Shown here piece by piece: positions 23,901 to 37,500 of a stretch of 64,000 nt of DNA. The notes under the pieces were generated by a model. It saw only the letters and a program-made list of their open reading frames with translations. It was not told where the DNA came from and did not search any database. Numbering within the stretch: position 1 is the first letter of the stretch; the number at the start of each line of letters is the position of its first letter. The DNA is from Catajapyx aquilonaris. Its lineage: Eukaryota. The stretch is taken from positions 1 through 64,000 of the forward strand of contig JYFJ02001120.1 in the NCBI GenBank assembly GCA_000934665.2, written 5' to 3'. Both the position numbers and the translations under genes were made by a program.

Positions 23901-26639
23901 CGTCAGGGAAGTCCAGCATGTGGAGGGTCTCGGGGAAGACGGAGGCCTCCACCACCAGCTCGGACAGGGGCAGGGAATGCTTGGCCAGGTTGTACAGGGC
24001 GGACAGTCCCTGCCGTTTCAGACGGGGCTCGCTGCTGGAGAGGGTGCGGGCCAGGTGGGGAATGGCCCCTGCGTCCACCACCGTCTGGGCCAACTCCAGA
24101 CCGTGCTTTGATATGTCCGCCAGGGCCGATGCTGCCACCTGTCGACATACCATTATCCAATTAATCAACACCGCATTAAATTTTTAAATGAACTAAATAC
24201 GGAAGCAGCATTGTAATAAACGGGGGACAGTGCATCAAGACAAATTCATCCTGAGTTGTATGCAGCCGCACCCTTGTATTACCGGTTGTGTATCATCTAG
24301 GCGGAAGGAACACCAAGCTGTCTGGTCCGCAATTTTGACATTACTCTGCTTATCAGTAGCGAACAAGGTCATAAAAATTGTACTGCTGATAATAATAGGT
24401 TGAACTATACCTGCTTGACGCAAGTCTCCGGCTCTTGCAGGCACAACACCAGCAAGGGCACAGCTCCGGCCTCGATCACCGCGTAGGCCAAGGAGAGGTC
24501 ATGCCTGGCCACGTACCCAAGGGACCACGACGCCCCTTCCTTGACCCCAGGGTCGAAGTCCTCCAGGCAGGCCACCATGGACTCGACCCCGCCAGCGTCC
24601 ACCACCGCCTTGGCCAGGGAAGGGCTGTGCTTGGCCACGTTCCTCAGGGCGAACAGAGCCGACTTCTTGTAGAACCGGTTCTGCGTCTCCATGGCGAAGA
24701 TCAGCCGGCTGAGGATGTCCTGCTGGACGATGGCCTCCGCGATGGACATGCAGTGCGAGGCCAGGCGACCCAGGGCCATGGCCGCCGTCTGCTGGATGGT
24801 CACGTTCACATCGGACAGGAGTGGACGCAGCAGGGCCAGGGCCTCGCACTTGTGCAGCGTGTCCACATTCTGGGCGCGAGCTGAGTACTCGGACACCGAG
24901 TGTACGAACTGTGTGCGGGCCTTCTGGTACTGCACGAACACTGCAGGCATCGTACAACATGCGCAAAATTAGAGGAGATGGACATCGTGTAATTGAAAAT
25001 GCAGGCACGCCCTCCCTTTACTGTATACCCTACTTTTTGTGCATTATTACTGTCATAACTCCGGGACTAAAATCATTACTCCGGCCAGGTACCGGAATGT
25101 CCTGTGCTGGTGCGACAAGGTTGCTGCATATTATTAATTTCGCGTTAATTAGAGCCCGCCTTGTTTATTAACAGGTGCATTCCAGACTCTACAATCCATC
25201 CCTTTGGTCCAGATGATGAGATATATTCAAACTTGTCTAAGGGGTTAGCCACATGATATTCACGAGTTTATTTCCCAAATTATGACAGACATTTCTAGCG
25301 AGATGTATTACATTCTCCGAGAAATAGCTATTCTGAACTTACTATTAGCCTATATCATATTTCGAAGATGAAAGTGAAACTCGAGTGGAATGCGCCTATG
25401 GAATTTGATGTTCTAAAATGCACTCAGAACAACATGTATGGCATTCCATTGGTCACATGCTCAGTAACATGTCCAAGTGTTTAGACCCCAGCGATTAGTG
25501 ATGTATTTGCGTAAGAGCATACATATATTTGGAGAAGGAATTGTGACCCATACAAGATTCAAAATGTTCAGTTTCAATTCTGGGTCATGCGTGGCTCGCG
25601 AGAAAATAATAGATATGTTTGACGAATTACCATTATAATTGGAGCCAAATTCTTGGACATGTGACTGATGAAATGCCACACATGTTTTTCTAAATGTATT
25701 TTCGGGAAAATCAAATTCCATAGGCGCATTCTACTCGCGTTTCTCTTTCATTTGATGTATGTTGATTGGGTTTCGACCACTTCCAATAACCGAAAAAAAA
25801 AAATCTAAAAATTGCCCAATTTTCAAAATTTCGCGATTTTTTCCCTCCCCACGGCAATTTGCAATTTGGCTGAAACTTGATATGGAGTGTTACGGCATAG
25901 GTGTGTACAGCTGTGATTATTTTCAGAAAAATTCGAGATGGTTTAGCAACATTTTGGCCCACTTTATTGGGAAAAAACTGCACCCTGTTGACTGCCCCGA
26001 GGTCAAAAACAAATCAAAGACAAAACGAATGCCCATTATGAGTTACTTGTGACCTAAGGAACACGAATTTATGACGATGAATTTCCATGGACAAATAAAT
26101 ATCTTGTTGATAAGTGTTATCTAAGTACACTAACCCGAATTACAGACCTATTGGGTTTCCGATCAGATTATTAATTTTAAGTCCTTTCAACACGCTTCTC
26201 TCATAAGATTAAGTAGCGGGCTGAACTAATCAATATGTTTTACTCCACATAATTACGGGAGAAACTCCGTCCAAAAACATGGATTCTGGATTATCCTCCG
26301 CAGATTTACTATGTAGTCATTACCAGGAAGAAATTGACTTTCGAGTAGCTAGCTATTGCTGAATGATAAAACACATTAGTATAAACAATGTAAGTCCGTA
26401 CTGATGACAACCTTCCTCTCTTAGCTTGTAATAATAATTAAATGATAGCATAATTATGGACATAGGTACTGCTGGCAACTGGAATGCACCAATCATCTCT
26501 CAGTAACAACCACTCTTCCGACTCAGGATCTTCCAATTTCAAAATCAGTACCCTTCCTAAATGCATTACCAATATTATTGTAAAATAATACAAGGCATGG
26601 CAAAGCGATCTCACCTTGTGTGATCTGACGCAGGCTCAT
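10658..26639 (-). CDS. SPAG6: Sperm-associated antigen 6 (PF16), armadillo-repeat axonemal central-pair protein, about 549 aa
   Basis: Exons 26639-26615 (MSLRQITQ), 24940-24411 (VFVQYQKARTQFV...QNRFYKK...EDFDPGVKE), 24138-23539 (AASALADISKH...EDHVLSATAWAIGQVGRH), 22318-22160 (DAPPNILRHV), 11169-11024 (ALRKVQEIKAEPG), 10847-10658 (YYSPNYPQTLLERVEQY..., stop TAG). All junctions are GT-AG and phase-consistent, total 1650 nt. Matches recalled vertebrate SPAG6 along its length. Confidence 0.95.
12009..12080 (+). tRNA. tRNA-Gln(TTG)
   Basis: 72-nt GGCCCCATGGTGTAATGGTTAGCACTCTGGACTTTGAATCCAGCGATCCCAGTTCAAATCTGGGTGGGACCA with intact A and B boxes and a T7 Pol III terminator at 12081-12087. Confidence 0.95.
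12551..12634 (-). tRNA. tRNA-Leu(CAG)
   Basis: 84-nt GTCAGGATGGCCGAGCGGTCCAAGGCGCTGCGTTCAGGTCGCAG...GTTCGAATCCCACTTCTGACA on -, with a long variable arm and an oligo-T terminator downstream (A-run 12539-12546 on +). Confidence 0.96.
14837..14926. repeat. (AAT)30 microsatellite
   Basis: Perfect AAT array read directly. A (GA)n tract also lies at about 14509-14534. Confidence 0.98.
15068..15151 (+). tRNA. tRNA-Leu(CAG)
   Basis: 84-nt canonical tRNA-Leu with anticodon CAG, followed by T7 at 15157-15163. Confidence 0.96.
17629..18198 (+). CDS. Nested antisense gene in SPAG6 intron; 189-aa low-complexity, acidic protein of unknown family
   Basis: 570-nt ORF with strong GC3 codon bias against AT-richer intron flanks, gccATG context and a candidate acceptor ttctag at 17581-17586. 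The frame is open from 17587, so an upstream coding exon is possible. Confidence 0.7.
   Translation: MMPDTLMASKSEPATTSASTSDQPSASGTSPQYLEDTYDLLFQRYVNGLSEVIKGKEQQAPEGSNNNRGYCNNNQYHHHHNGFRLEADQALRKNKVLKMDTSGDPMEHGALLAQLQGVTLKDAVSNPIITFSHVEDSATGPEPEDLPEEVQSPEVEFAEVDLAEGSGRTSPMLEVPKMDLSMECKRPPL
22514..22597 (+). tRNA. tRNA-Leu(CAG)
   Basis: 84-nt tRNA-Leu with anticodon CAG, one mismatch in the variable-arm stem, and T5 at 22604-22608. Lies in SPAG6 intron 22319-23538. Confidence 0.92.
23239..23314 (+). pseudogene. tRNA-Gln-derived pseudogene
   Basis: GGTCCTATGGTGTAATGGTTAG-TAGG-TACTCTGGACTCCGAATCCAGCGATCCCACAGTACAAATCTGGGTGG. Gln body with a 4-nt insertion after the D arm, anticodon read as CCG, a 2-nt T-stem insertion, B-box GTTC changed to GTAC and a damaged acceptor 3' strand. 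Confidence 0.85.
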
Positions 26640-26876
26640 CCTGAAACGATGCTAATCTCCCCTAGAGAGAAAAGTAAAATCCTGATCCCAAATATGGATT
26701 TTGAAAGGTAAAAAATGCCTGAGTGTGTGTGCCTTTCTCGCGTCAAAAGACTGCCAATTGGGCTGGAAAAAAAATCAGATGAGTGTAATAATTCACTGAC
26801 TGCAAATATCAAGGATCCTTACCAAATTGGAACAGGACAGGGAGGAGTTAGGTTCAGTAAACCAACAAGAGTCCAC

Positions 26877-26911
26877 GTCACTATGGATACCAATAAAGGT
26901 GACCAGGCAAC
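26877..26911. promoter_or_regulatory. Tandem RFX X-box motifs, SPAG6 promoter
   Basis: GTGACCAGGCAAC (26899-26911) fits GTNRCC-N0-3-RGYAAC. GTCACTATGGATAC (26877-26890) is a 14-bp X-box-like palindrome. They lie about 240-270 nt upstream of the SPAG6 ATG. A 5'UTR intron is plausible at 26822-26641 (gtaagg...tttcag on -). Confidence 0.65.
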
Positions 26912-27631
26912 TGCATTGACTATTTCACTTTATTTATGCTCATTACTTATCCAAAAAGCATGGCATCGATTCTTCTTTTTTTTGTTTTATGCGGCAAAAA
27001 ATTGCGTCTAAAGACTTGTACATGACATTCCCACACAAATACAATATGTACAACTGAAAAAATGTTTTGGGTGGGGAAGAACGTTTGGTGTTTTCATATA
27101 TACTGTATATGTATAACTTTTTTTTTTTTTTTCAGGACTGGCTGGATATTCTGCTGGCAAATTAATATTGTGTAATGAGGTTTATCTCTCTTTCTCTCTC
27201 TTCTTTTTTTAAAATCTTGGCATGCAATGGGTAGCCTTTTCCAGTCTTTACAGCTCACTGCAGGGGAGGAAACAACAAACCCCTTGTTGCGAATCAAGCA
27301 GAGATCCACACGTCTCGGCTCAACATTTTGGTCACTTCACACGTTTAAGAGTACGTCCAAAACTTCGAGTATTCAAAACATGAAAAACTACCTCTACCCA
27401 TAAAGCTCCCTACGTGGACAAGGGCGGAGGGATTTGTTTTTCCACTTAACAATTACAACGATCACAATCAAAAGGGGATGAGGGGGTATGGTATGTTATT
27501 TATGTGGTGCAATGAATATCTTACAAAAGAGGGGGTCGGGGTGGGAGGGGGTGGGGCAGCTAAAAAAAAAGGGATGCTCCAGGGACTGCTGAAACAGACT
27601 AGATTACAATGCAAAGCTCTCAATCAGTACA

Positions 27632-27946
27632 TAGGGGGCCTTCTCTCACTGCGACCTTACGTCATTGTTTTGTTTACCGACGTCTAGTCAACTGAAATCT
27701 GCCAAACGCATCCCGGAACTTCACACTTTTCAAGTTTCCATGGAAATGCCCTCACACAACATTAAGAGTAAACATTGTTCCTTTGACACTGTTTATTCAT
27801 ATTGTTGCGTGAGGGCATCTCCATGGAAAACTTAAAAAGTGGGAGGTTCCCCTGGAGCGCCTTTGAGGTTCCAAGGATGTGTTCGGCAGGTTTCCGTTGA
27901 CTAAACAAAATGATGAAGTAAGGTCGAAGTAAGGGCGGGCCGCCTA
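27632..27946. mobile_element. Foldback/MITE-like long imperfect inverted repeat
   Basis: Arms pair over about 150 nt, for example cgaccttac...ttttgttta / taaacaaaa...gtaaggtcg and tttccatggaaatgccctcac / gtgagggcatctccatggaaa. Loop near 27780. Confidence 0.8.
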
Positions 27947-28589
27947 CAGAAGTGAGCCTACCTCGCTGTGAATATGCAGCACCCTTTTCTTTTACCTTGT
28001 AAATCATATTGTCCAATCTACACAAATGTTCACCGTGTTCCAAGTCTTCTACACAAACAATTTACATGAAAGAGAAGGGGTTCAACTGGATGGAGGATGA
28101 ATTTCTTTTTATTATTATTTCATTTTACTGTATACACACTTTCTCCCATCACAGCCACACGCACACATGCACTCGCACGCAACTAGCCCTCCCTATGAAA
28201 AAAAAGCTCTATGGCATCGTTACAGTCTACTGTTTTTGTGACAGCAGATCTAGTATGAGGGAAATATGCTCAAAGTTCAGGGGCTGTAATTGTCAGCATG
28301 CAGGCCTACACAGTTAGGACTGGTTCAGAATTGAGAAATTGAGTCATTTTGGTGTGTTAAACGCTTCAATCTCACCATCCAACTGTGAAACCAGGGACGT
28401 AAAATAACAATCAGGGTCAGGGCAGGGAGACAAATCCTATTTGAAACAAAAAATAAAAACAGGGAAGCATCCATTGGGCGGGGGGGTAAAATCCTCCACT
28501 ATCACACTTGAGATCAGTACCTTTTTTCAGCTACTCTCTCCCCTGACCCTGTGCCCTCTCTTTTCTTTCCCCCACACCCCTTGCAACCT

Positions 28590-31500
28590 TTATTCAATTG
28601 CTTTGCTCATAAAGTCCAGGAACCTCTTGGCATACTGCTCTGGCTCGCAAGTGGAGATCCCGTCCACGTTGGCGCCGTACTTGACTGTCTTGGCTGCTTT
28701 GGCTGCCTGCTTCTTCATTCCGTAGTGGGTCAGAACATCAATCACAGCCAGGAAGTATATTTCCCTCCGGGGAGCGTCTGCTCCATGGAAAAACGAGGTA
28801 GATGCATTTTGCTCGTCTCTCACTTTAAAGAGACCAGCAGGCTTCACAGTACAAGGTTATATGCCACACAAGAAGACACTCTTTGGGTTCAGGGTGCAAC
28901 AGCTACATATTAGTAATTAATGTGCACAATGTCAGTCATGTAAATCAGAGGAATTCGAAACCAAATACTCAACCATCACTTCAGCCGCATAATTAATATT
29001 TAGGGAAATCACAGTTGCAAATTAGATGTGCATTTAAATTAATTTGTTCAATGGCATGCATTATTTTGCATGGTTAACACAAAAGTCATGAGCATATGAT
29101 TTCCATCCAGAAAGAAATTGCTGGGGATCATTGTAACCAGTCACATACACATTTCTTTCTTTGCAATTTCACAAACTCTGACCTGATTGAGGCATTTTTT
29201 AATTTTTAATTTTTAATTAATTAATTTATTTTTTAACCTGCATAGGAATATGAAAATCCCTGGTGGTAGAACTCTGCTCTAGCAGATCATCCATGATTAC
29301 ACGCACTATCCGTAAGTAGTTGTTAGTGACAACTCAAGATGCAAAGGCTGGTCAAAAGTCAAGCATGGAATGATATCAAACAATGCTGGCAAAAGAAAAT
29401 ACCAAAACTATGGCCGCCTCTGTACCCAAACTGCTGAAATGGCATTCTATAACTTGTGGATTTTCAAACTCCCACAAAGGTGGTAAACATATATCAATCA
29501 GGACACATATATTTCATGGAAAGGAAAAGAAAGAAAAGCGTGCGCACGTGATTTCTGGCTTATTTCTGTAGAACACTTCATTTTAGGACTTAAATGATAC
29601 ATTCGTCACTTCTAGCATATGGTGCTTCATTCTTCTACTTCTAAGTTCCACTTGTATTACCAGGAAGTGAGTTAAATTCTCACACTTACACTGTGATACT
29701 TCATAATAAATGCAGCAAATAAAGATGAAGTCTAAAATCTAGTCTAAGTCCAGGGGCAGTTGAAACTTGTCCCTGCTTGTACCTATCTGTAGTCTCACAA
29801 AAAGTGCCAGCACGTGTATGTGCAACTAAATCCCAATGGGTCATGTCTGAGAATTTCGAAAAGCACTGTTTGCCATATGGCAGCAAATACTGAATGTAGA
29901 GCACCATACAGTGCGTATAATTTCCCTTCAGTGTTCCCCTTTACACTAATTAATGACACAAGTACTGCAGATATAAAAGCCTGTGGTTTCTAGCTGATAT
30001 ACGAAGACGACTCTTTTCTAGAGCCAGAAGATCCCTTCTAATGAAAGACACTGCACACTCTATGAGAAAACAAGGAACTATCCACCATTGATTACGTTAC
30101 TAATTAATAAGCAGCTCATGAAAGATGACATCTAAGTGGCACCCACAAAATGAATCTCCTAAGCAACACATTGCACTTCATAAGCTTGCATGCAGAGTGA
30201 AATTTCTCAAGGGAATGAAATTCTGAGGAACGTGGCTAAGGCTTCAAAATTTTAATTAAATTGATTCCCTCTCTTAATGCTTCAGTAAGGCACAATGAGG
30301 CTCCAGTTTCCAGTTGGTGACAATATTTTCCATTACAAGCTAGAAATGTAGTCATGGATATTTGGTAACAAACTGGTAACAAATTAAGTATAAATGTATC
30401 AGGGTTTTTCTGCAAACATGATCCTAAATGTGTATAGTGTAATCACTACGTTCTGCAGAAATTTTCAATAAGAAAGGTGAGCGATTTGACGAGCGAAATC
30501 TTCGTCGAGGGTTAGTAACACAAGTAACCAATATTGTTTGAGGCGAAAATCAGTTGTTAATTTCAGCCTCGGCGAGACTTTGCTCCGCTTCGCACGTCAA
30601 ATCGCTCACATGTAAACGCACCTTAAATCAGTTTCCACAACACTGGACAGTAGTTAATCAGACAAACTAATGTCTCCAAACTCAAAGAGCCAATTGCACC
30701 ACCACAAATTAAGGGAAAATCTCAGATTATGTACCTTAAATATCTACATCTAATCAGAGATGTTTTAATTAGTTTTCTTTCAACTGGGCTTATCAGTATT
30801 GTAATCCTCATGCATATGCCTACATGAATTACACAGCTACTGCATACAGCCACTGATTACAAGACTTGCAAATGATGTGTCAATCATTCCTGGGAGCATG
30901 TTTTAAGATTAGGTTATGAGAAATCGTATGCTCTTATTTCAATTGCATCAATAAGAATTAACCTTACACTACACATCCACAATGGAATCAGAACTGCGAG
31001 GACTTGGTTTAGATTCTTATTCAAAGTGATGGGGATAATCTGTGAATGCATGCATTGAACTTTCAACAAAGCTGGTGCACATAGCAGTACATTCATATTA
31101 GTCTTCAAAAGTAAGGTCATAGGAGCTGACCTAAATAATGCTGTGAGATTGGTTGCATGTGGCCTGAAAACATAAGACAGCAACCCACCTGTCTCGCTTG
31201 GAATGGCATAGATGTCGATCTCAGGTATGATCCTCCCGTTGTAGTACTCAGGTGGTTCCCTACCCAAGGGTTGGGGTGAATCTGGAGGAGTGGGTCCTGC
31301 CCCCAAGGGAATGCCTGACCCACTGGAGTCATCACCTGCCTCCTCCTCGATTCCATTCTCCTCCTCTTGCTCCACCCTGTCCTTCTCCTCCTGCTCTGCC
31401 CTCTCACAATCGTGCACTCCAACCAGCAGGGAGTAGTCCATCAAGCGCAGCTTGGTCAGGAACTATTGGTTTTGGTTATTGTGAAAAGCAGATCAGTGAT

Positions 31501-34500
31501 GGATTCTGCAAGAGCAACCCTTTTCAACCAAAGGCACCACCCCAAGCCAGCCCCACTAAAAGCATGAAGGAAAGCAAAGCGTCAAAAAAATGGCCATCAA
31601 CTTGAGAATCCCTACTAATGTCTTAATAATTCCACAAACATGTAAATACAGTAATAATAATTACTGTCATTGCTGATTAAATATTGCTTTATAGTGAGAT
31701 TTAATTTGTCAACAATAGGCTACTGAAGATTTATCGCGGACAGGGTGGATCCATATCGTTTATATTATTCCCATACTTCATCCCAGTTCCCGTTTTGTCC
31801 ACTCACCCCAACATCTGCAGTCAGCGTCTCAGTAAGCTTAACCTTTGCCTCCTCCCCAATGAGGATGCGCATCCCATCCTTGACAAAGTCATTGTCCTTC
31901 AGGGTGGGCAGGTTCTTCTCCCTCTCTTTGTCAGAGGCCTCTCGGTCTACGGTAGAACCCTTCAAGTCGTATTTCTTGTGCACTGGGAGATGGCTGCTGA
32001 ACACATTGCGTGTCACCACCAGGTAAGACTCCACACCATCCACGGTCAAGCGGTACATGCCTATGTACTGTGGGAGCAGCGTCTTTCCATGCCTTTCCAC
32101 AACGTACTGTAGGAGGAAAAAAGCAGCATGAATAAGTAAGTTCCATGTATATTTCAGCACATTTGTGTCATAATCCTTAAAATCAATAATGATTGCTTGA
32201 GAATGTGGTACAGCAATTTGGTGCAGCCAAGCTAAATTCATTAGGTTATGTATGATTCGATCCTGTACCAGCAACATCATGCAGATTAGTGTGAATAATT
32301 TATTAAAATTTTAATACCCTTTTGTACAGTTATAATCAACTTTGCTATACACTTTGAATTTTGCAGAGTAATTAACATGCTTTTATTACTGATACAGCAA
32401 TAACTTTTCACAGTATTGCATCACTTGAATTACAGACATAACACATCTTGTATCATCCTCCCTTTAAATCTGTACAGTATTGTGGAGATCAAATGTGCTT
32501 CTCAGACAACTCCCACTCAGGGGAAAGTTCCCAGCAAAAGCTATAGCACACGTATTTTTAGTCTCGCTTGCTGTGGTTGTGGTCGACGTGATTCTCAACA
32601 ACTGCTCATCCTACGTCATCAGCAGCACTAAGCGATTATCCAATAAAATAACCATCTCATTGTTCTCTCGCTTAACTATCTGTAACAGAGGTATGTTACC
32701 TACTCACAACACTATCTATAGTTTCTGCAGCACAGTTTCTCCAATATCAACGAAGCTATAACTGACAATGATGTCGGAAACACAATGGCAGTTTTGTGCT
32801 TCAAAAAATACAAAAGGGCCTCACATCTTGGCAACTTAAGGAAGTCCTGAGAGAGCCATCTGTATTCATATCGCTCTGCCATTGCACTGCCCAGCTGGCA
32901 GAAAATTTGCAAGAAGTGGCAGTTGGAAGGGACTAGATGATGGATGTGCAAAAGTTATTGGCCCTGGGGAAACATGCATTCCTTTCCACCTCAGTGTTCC
33001 CTGTGAGGGTGGCATTTTTCATACATTATGTTCTGATAAGTGTGGCAATACAAGAGTACAATGCAGGAACCCACATCTCGAAAAAGGTATGTGATATTTT
33101 TATCGAAAGAGAAATGGCATATTGGCCATGCAACTTGAATTATGTGAATCAGCTTATAGTGCAGTGGCACTTGGAAAGGTGTAAAAGTGCACTGTAGCCA
33201 TAAAAGACCTAGACAACCTACACAATAAAACATAAGCGTCAGATTGCAATATGAACAATACAAGGGTAATCCACAGAACAACTGTAATGTTCCAGAAGTA
33301 ATGCAATTATTATGCTAGGACAAAGTCAAAGGTTACAATCAGAATTTGTCACAATAGTTCCATTACTTCACAGTAGAGTACTAAATCATTTTCGAACATT
33401 AAATGTCATGCGAGTGTTATATTGCACACTTGCTCCCAATAAGGCTGATTTGAGGTGCCACACTTACTTGTTAGTCATTGAGCTTATCAACCAGAATGTT
33501 TACATACACATTTTCAGTGTTACATCCTTGCCTTGTTAATTCAAATAAAGCTTACCGGATGGTACTGCTTCAGAAAAGCATGCATCTGCTCCACTTCTTC
33601 ACTGGTGAGCGTCTTGATAATGAACAGCTTGTCGTATGACTGGTAAAACTTGGCTCCACTCTTGCCCGGGTTGACAATTGGGAGTGGTTGTGACCTGTGA
33701 AACCAGTGTTTAATTAGAAAAGACAGCTCCAATTTCAAGGTGGGGCCGTGGCATGCAAACCTTGTGAGGGATTCCCTGTAGTCTTGGTCGTCCACACCAA
33801 ACCTTTCACGGAGGTTCCGGAATGCCAGCGGGCAGTACTCTTTCACTTTGAAGTGGCTTGGCATGTTTTCCCTGCGAAACAAAGCGTCATGGAAAATATC
33901 AGCCGGTGGAACAAAGAGATGGGTTAATCAATGAAAATGTGCAAACTAGTGCCCTTCAGTGTAACAAAATAGGAACAGCAACCAAGCACACCGTTTATTG
34001 GAAGTTTGCACTGCAGGTAATGTATACACATTATACCTTGCATGAATTCTACCCACTACCGGTACTGCTCAGTTTCTCTAAACTTTGAAACCTATCACTA
34101 ACAAGAGTTCATAGCATGGAATTTACCTGCTTATTAAGTAACAGGTAAATCCTGATTGCTGACATAACTATTTAGCTCTTAACAGTCAGTAGACCACATG
34201 AGTGACCTTGGAATCGTTTAACCAATACCAATCCAGAATCTCCATCTCTCGCATTTCATTGGCCCGACAGTGACCTTGACGCCTATTGGTTAAGAATCGG
34301 CTCTGACTCCCAAAAGCCAGTGACGTAACCGTAGAGACTCGGCATACCCGTAATATTTCCAGGGCTGCGGCGTAGGCCCGAGAGCATTGGCCATAACTTC
34401 ATCGATTTCGGCTGGTACCTCCTGTTGGCTACGGATCCTCACTAAAAGGCGCCACCGACAGCAACTCGGCATTACGACTTTCCCCCACTTCCAAAATGTT

Positions 34501-37500
34501 GAAAGCATAAACAACACTCTACATCGCCCAGGCATCCCAAACCACCCAATTGCACCCGGTATATTTAAACAATCGCGCCACACTACAGCCTGAACCCAAA
34601 CTGTGTAAACTACCCAAGTGCTTTATGTACCCCCAAGTCCTACCATAAGCTAATAAACACCTCCTATTATTAGCCTCCTCGCCCAATAACCGCCATGGAA
34701 AGGAGACAAGCCCCGGATTATCCCGACCAANCCCCCCCCCCCCCCCTCTCAAAATCCGGACAGTCCCATTCAAATTTCAAATTCAGCCTGACTGTAAGCA
34801 GAGATTTGCCTCCACATTATGCATGCTGAGCCTGAAAACTGCATCCACACTTGGAGCCCCCCAAGCTTCATCTCCGGCCAGGGAAAGCAAAACTCCCCTC
34901 CACTTCAAGTAACCACTGGTGTAGAATTTCCAAGCAATGCCTGCTGCGTCCAAAAACTCATCCATAATCCCTCAGCAACAGCATGCACAAAGAGAAAATG
35001 ATGTCCGCCTCAGCAGCGAATTTATCACCGCGTCGAAAAGGTCGACTCCAAGGCAGTGATCTTTTGGCAAAAAGGGTGTCGAATCCCCCAGGGTGCAACA
35101 CTATAATCCAGGTGGTAACTTATATTTTGCATTTATTGCAACAATAATAATAATTCCTCTAATTAACATTAGTTATCACAGCCATGTAATTACAACTAAT
35201 TGCAACATTGAGCAAGATTAAGTAATGATCCCTGCGTGCACATGGAACTGTAATTAAACCTTTTCATTCCTGTACGAGCTTAATAACTCAATTACCAAAC
35301 ATGGCGTATATTAGCGCTCTTGTCGGCCTGGGCTTTTTAAAAAAACAACCTGTCCACAGAGAGAAAAACCCTTGCAGTATTTGATGAGTTTTTTGAAACC
35401 AAAATAGGGGCGGGCTCATTTCAGAGGCAGATTTCGACGAAATTTTTTAAAAGTTCCAAATTAGAACGCAATAAAAGGCCTTCAGGCTTTCGCTATCATA
35501 CCAGTTCACTCTGAGAGGTCGATTTACTGTGTCAACCGAATTTCAGCGAAAAATATCAGATAACCCTATTTGCAACTAAGCCCACTCATTTCCACCCTAT
35601 CTTCAAGAGCTCCCAGTGCTTATTAAAATATCAAACACGGCCGCAAACCCCTCTCCTTATTTCTCGGTTTATTTACTAACGGATGAGCAGTGTAGTGCTA
35701 AAGGCAATTTTAACATTTAATTAGGACTTACTCACTATACCGTTAAACGAACAAGAAATGCAAACTTGGTGTGAGCCATTAAATGTCAAGAGCGCGAGAT
35801 GTGATGGGCTGACAGTATGAAATATTGCAAAGCCTGTCCTTCTGAAACGTTGATAAGCTTTTGTATTTATTTTCTGCTCGCGAAAATTTTCCATTAAATG
35901 TGACAAATTGCCCTGAAAATCATCCGCCACTATTAAAAGTGTCATCCTTACTGCACATATGACACTCTTGACCCACCACACCATGATCACAAATATATAT
36001 ATCACCTTTACATGGCCGATTAATTTTGCTTCCTTGTCTACTGTACGTATTATAATTGTTGCTTATCAATATGCGTCACTGTCAATCAATATATGCATAA
36101 GATAAGACCACTCTGAACACCTGTCATATTCCCCCTATCAATCACAATGTCACACATTATTAGACTAAACGCAAACAGACAATCTTCGGGCCATGTCCCC
36201 TTGCAAAACAGTAGCATGAACCTGACCCACAAAAACCAAAACGGCCCGTTTCTAATTCCCTGAAACAGTTTTTAAGTCTGAGGACCAATTAGCGTACATC
36301 ATGTAGACGGGTAGCCGTCACATGCATATTTCTTTGGAGGGTTTAAATAAGGATGATGGGAAAATGCCCTCACTTCATGAGGAGTTTGACCCCTGCGTTT
36401 CCAGCATTTAAACGGCGCCCCAAATAAAAAGCAGGCCCTGCGTGCTGATTTTTTTTTCCCCCTTCCTCAACGCGTCACTTCATTGCAAACCTTCAAGACA
36501 CCACCACCAATGACCCAAGTACCTGACTCAGAATCAATACAATTCTGTAACAAAAGTCCATTTACACTTCGGTTCGTGACTATATTGTGAAGCATGAGAA
36601 CAGAGCTAATCTCGGGCGACATTAGTCATGTGTCAACAATATTTCTCAATGACCAAGTCCAGTCGGGGCAGTCCATATACCCTGTGACTCTGGGAGGTAG
36701 TAGGTAACAACATGATTACAAGAACAGGACGTGGATAAGGAAATGATCATCTCATTGTCTGCAGGACATTATGCGTAACCAACAGGACATAAACAAATAC
36801 TAGAAAATATCGGTTTTCAGTCTACGTGGAGTGAAACTGACAGCATTGAAGGATGGGTCAGATTAACTGTGATTGCCTACAGTAAAAATTATGAATTACA
36901 GTACCATTGCATCTGACAAATGAGTGCGTAGAGCAATTACATATGACACAAATTGGCATACGTCAAAAATTTCTGCATGTACTCCCCACATTTTTGTGGA
37001 CATGTAATTTTTACCCCACTAACGTCAACAATAAACAATTCAGTGCACGATAATGGCGTTTCGCCACGCTAAGCCCATGCACTCTCCACTCCAATAAATT
37101 CATAATTCCACTTCATACCGACCAGGCAGCATGGTCACTCCCAGAGCAAACCCCCCTTTACCCCAGGGCTAACATCGCGGTGGGAAAAGGCAGCTAACGA
37201 CTATTCTAAAGCAACTCGCACCCTGTTGGAGGCCTAATTAATTACTCCCGTCGCAATTCACACGACCATGAAAGCTCCACAGCCTCTGAATAGGGCCTGG
37301 AGCATGTTTTAAAAAATATGCATTTGACAACTTACTTGTTGAAGGAATGGTTGTCCACCTTGATCTTGGAGAAAGCTCGGAAGTCGTCCGGCATCAGCAT
37401 CACAGGAATATTCACATGACTGAGTTCATTTATCTGGAAAAGAGGGAAAGGGGTCTTTTTAGCCAAATGAATCCGGTCCCAGAATATACACAGAGAAAGA

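Noticed and set aside
24941..24950. MPAVF as the SPAG6 start, as in the ORF track
   Set aside because: atgcctgcag ends in a splice acceptor. A true first exon MSLRQITQ with matching phase lies at 26639-26615.
25170..25990. Possible DNA transposon remnant in SPAG6 intron 1
   Set aside because: The texture is transposon-like, but only a weak terminal match (caggtgcatt / aactgcaccct) and no TSD were found.
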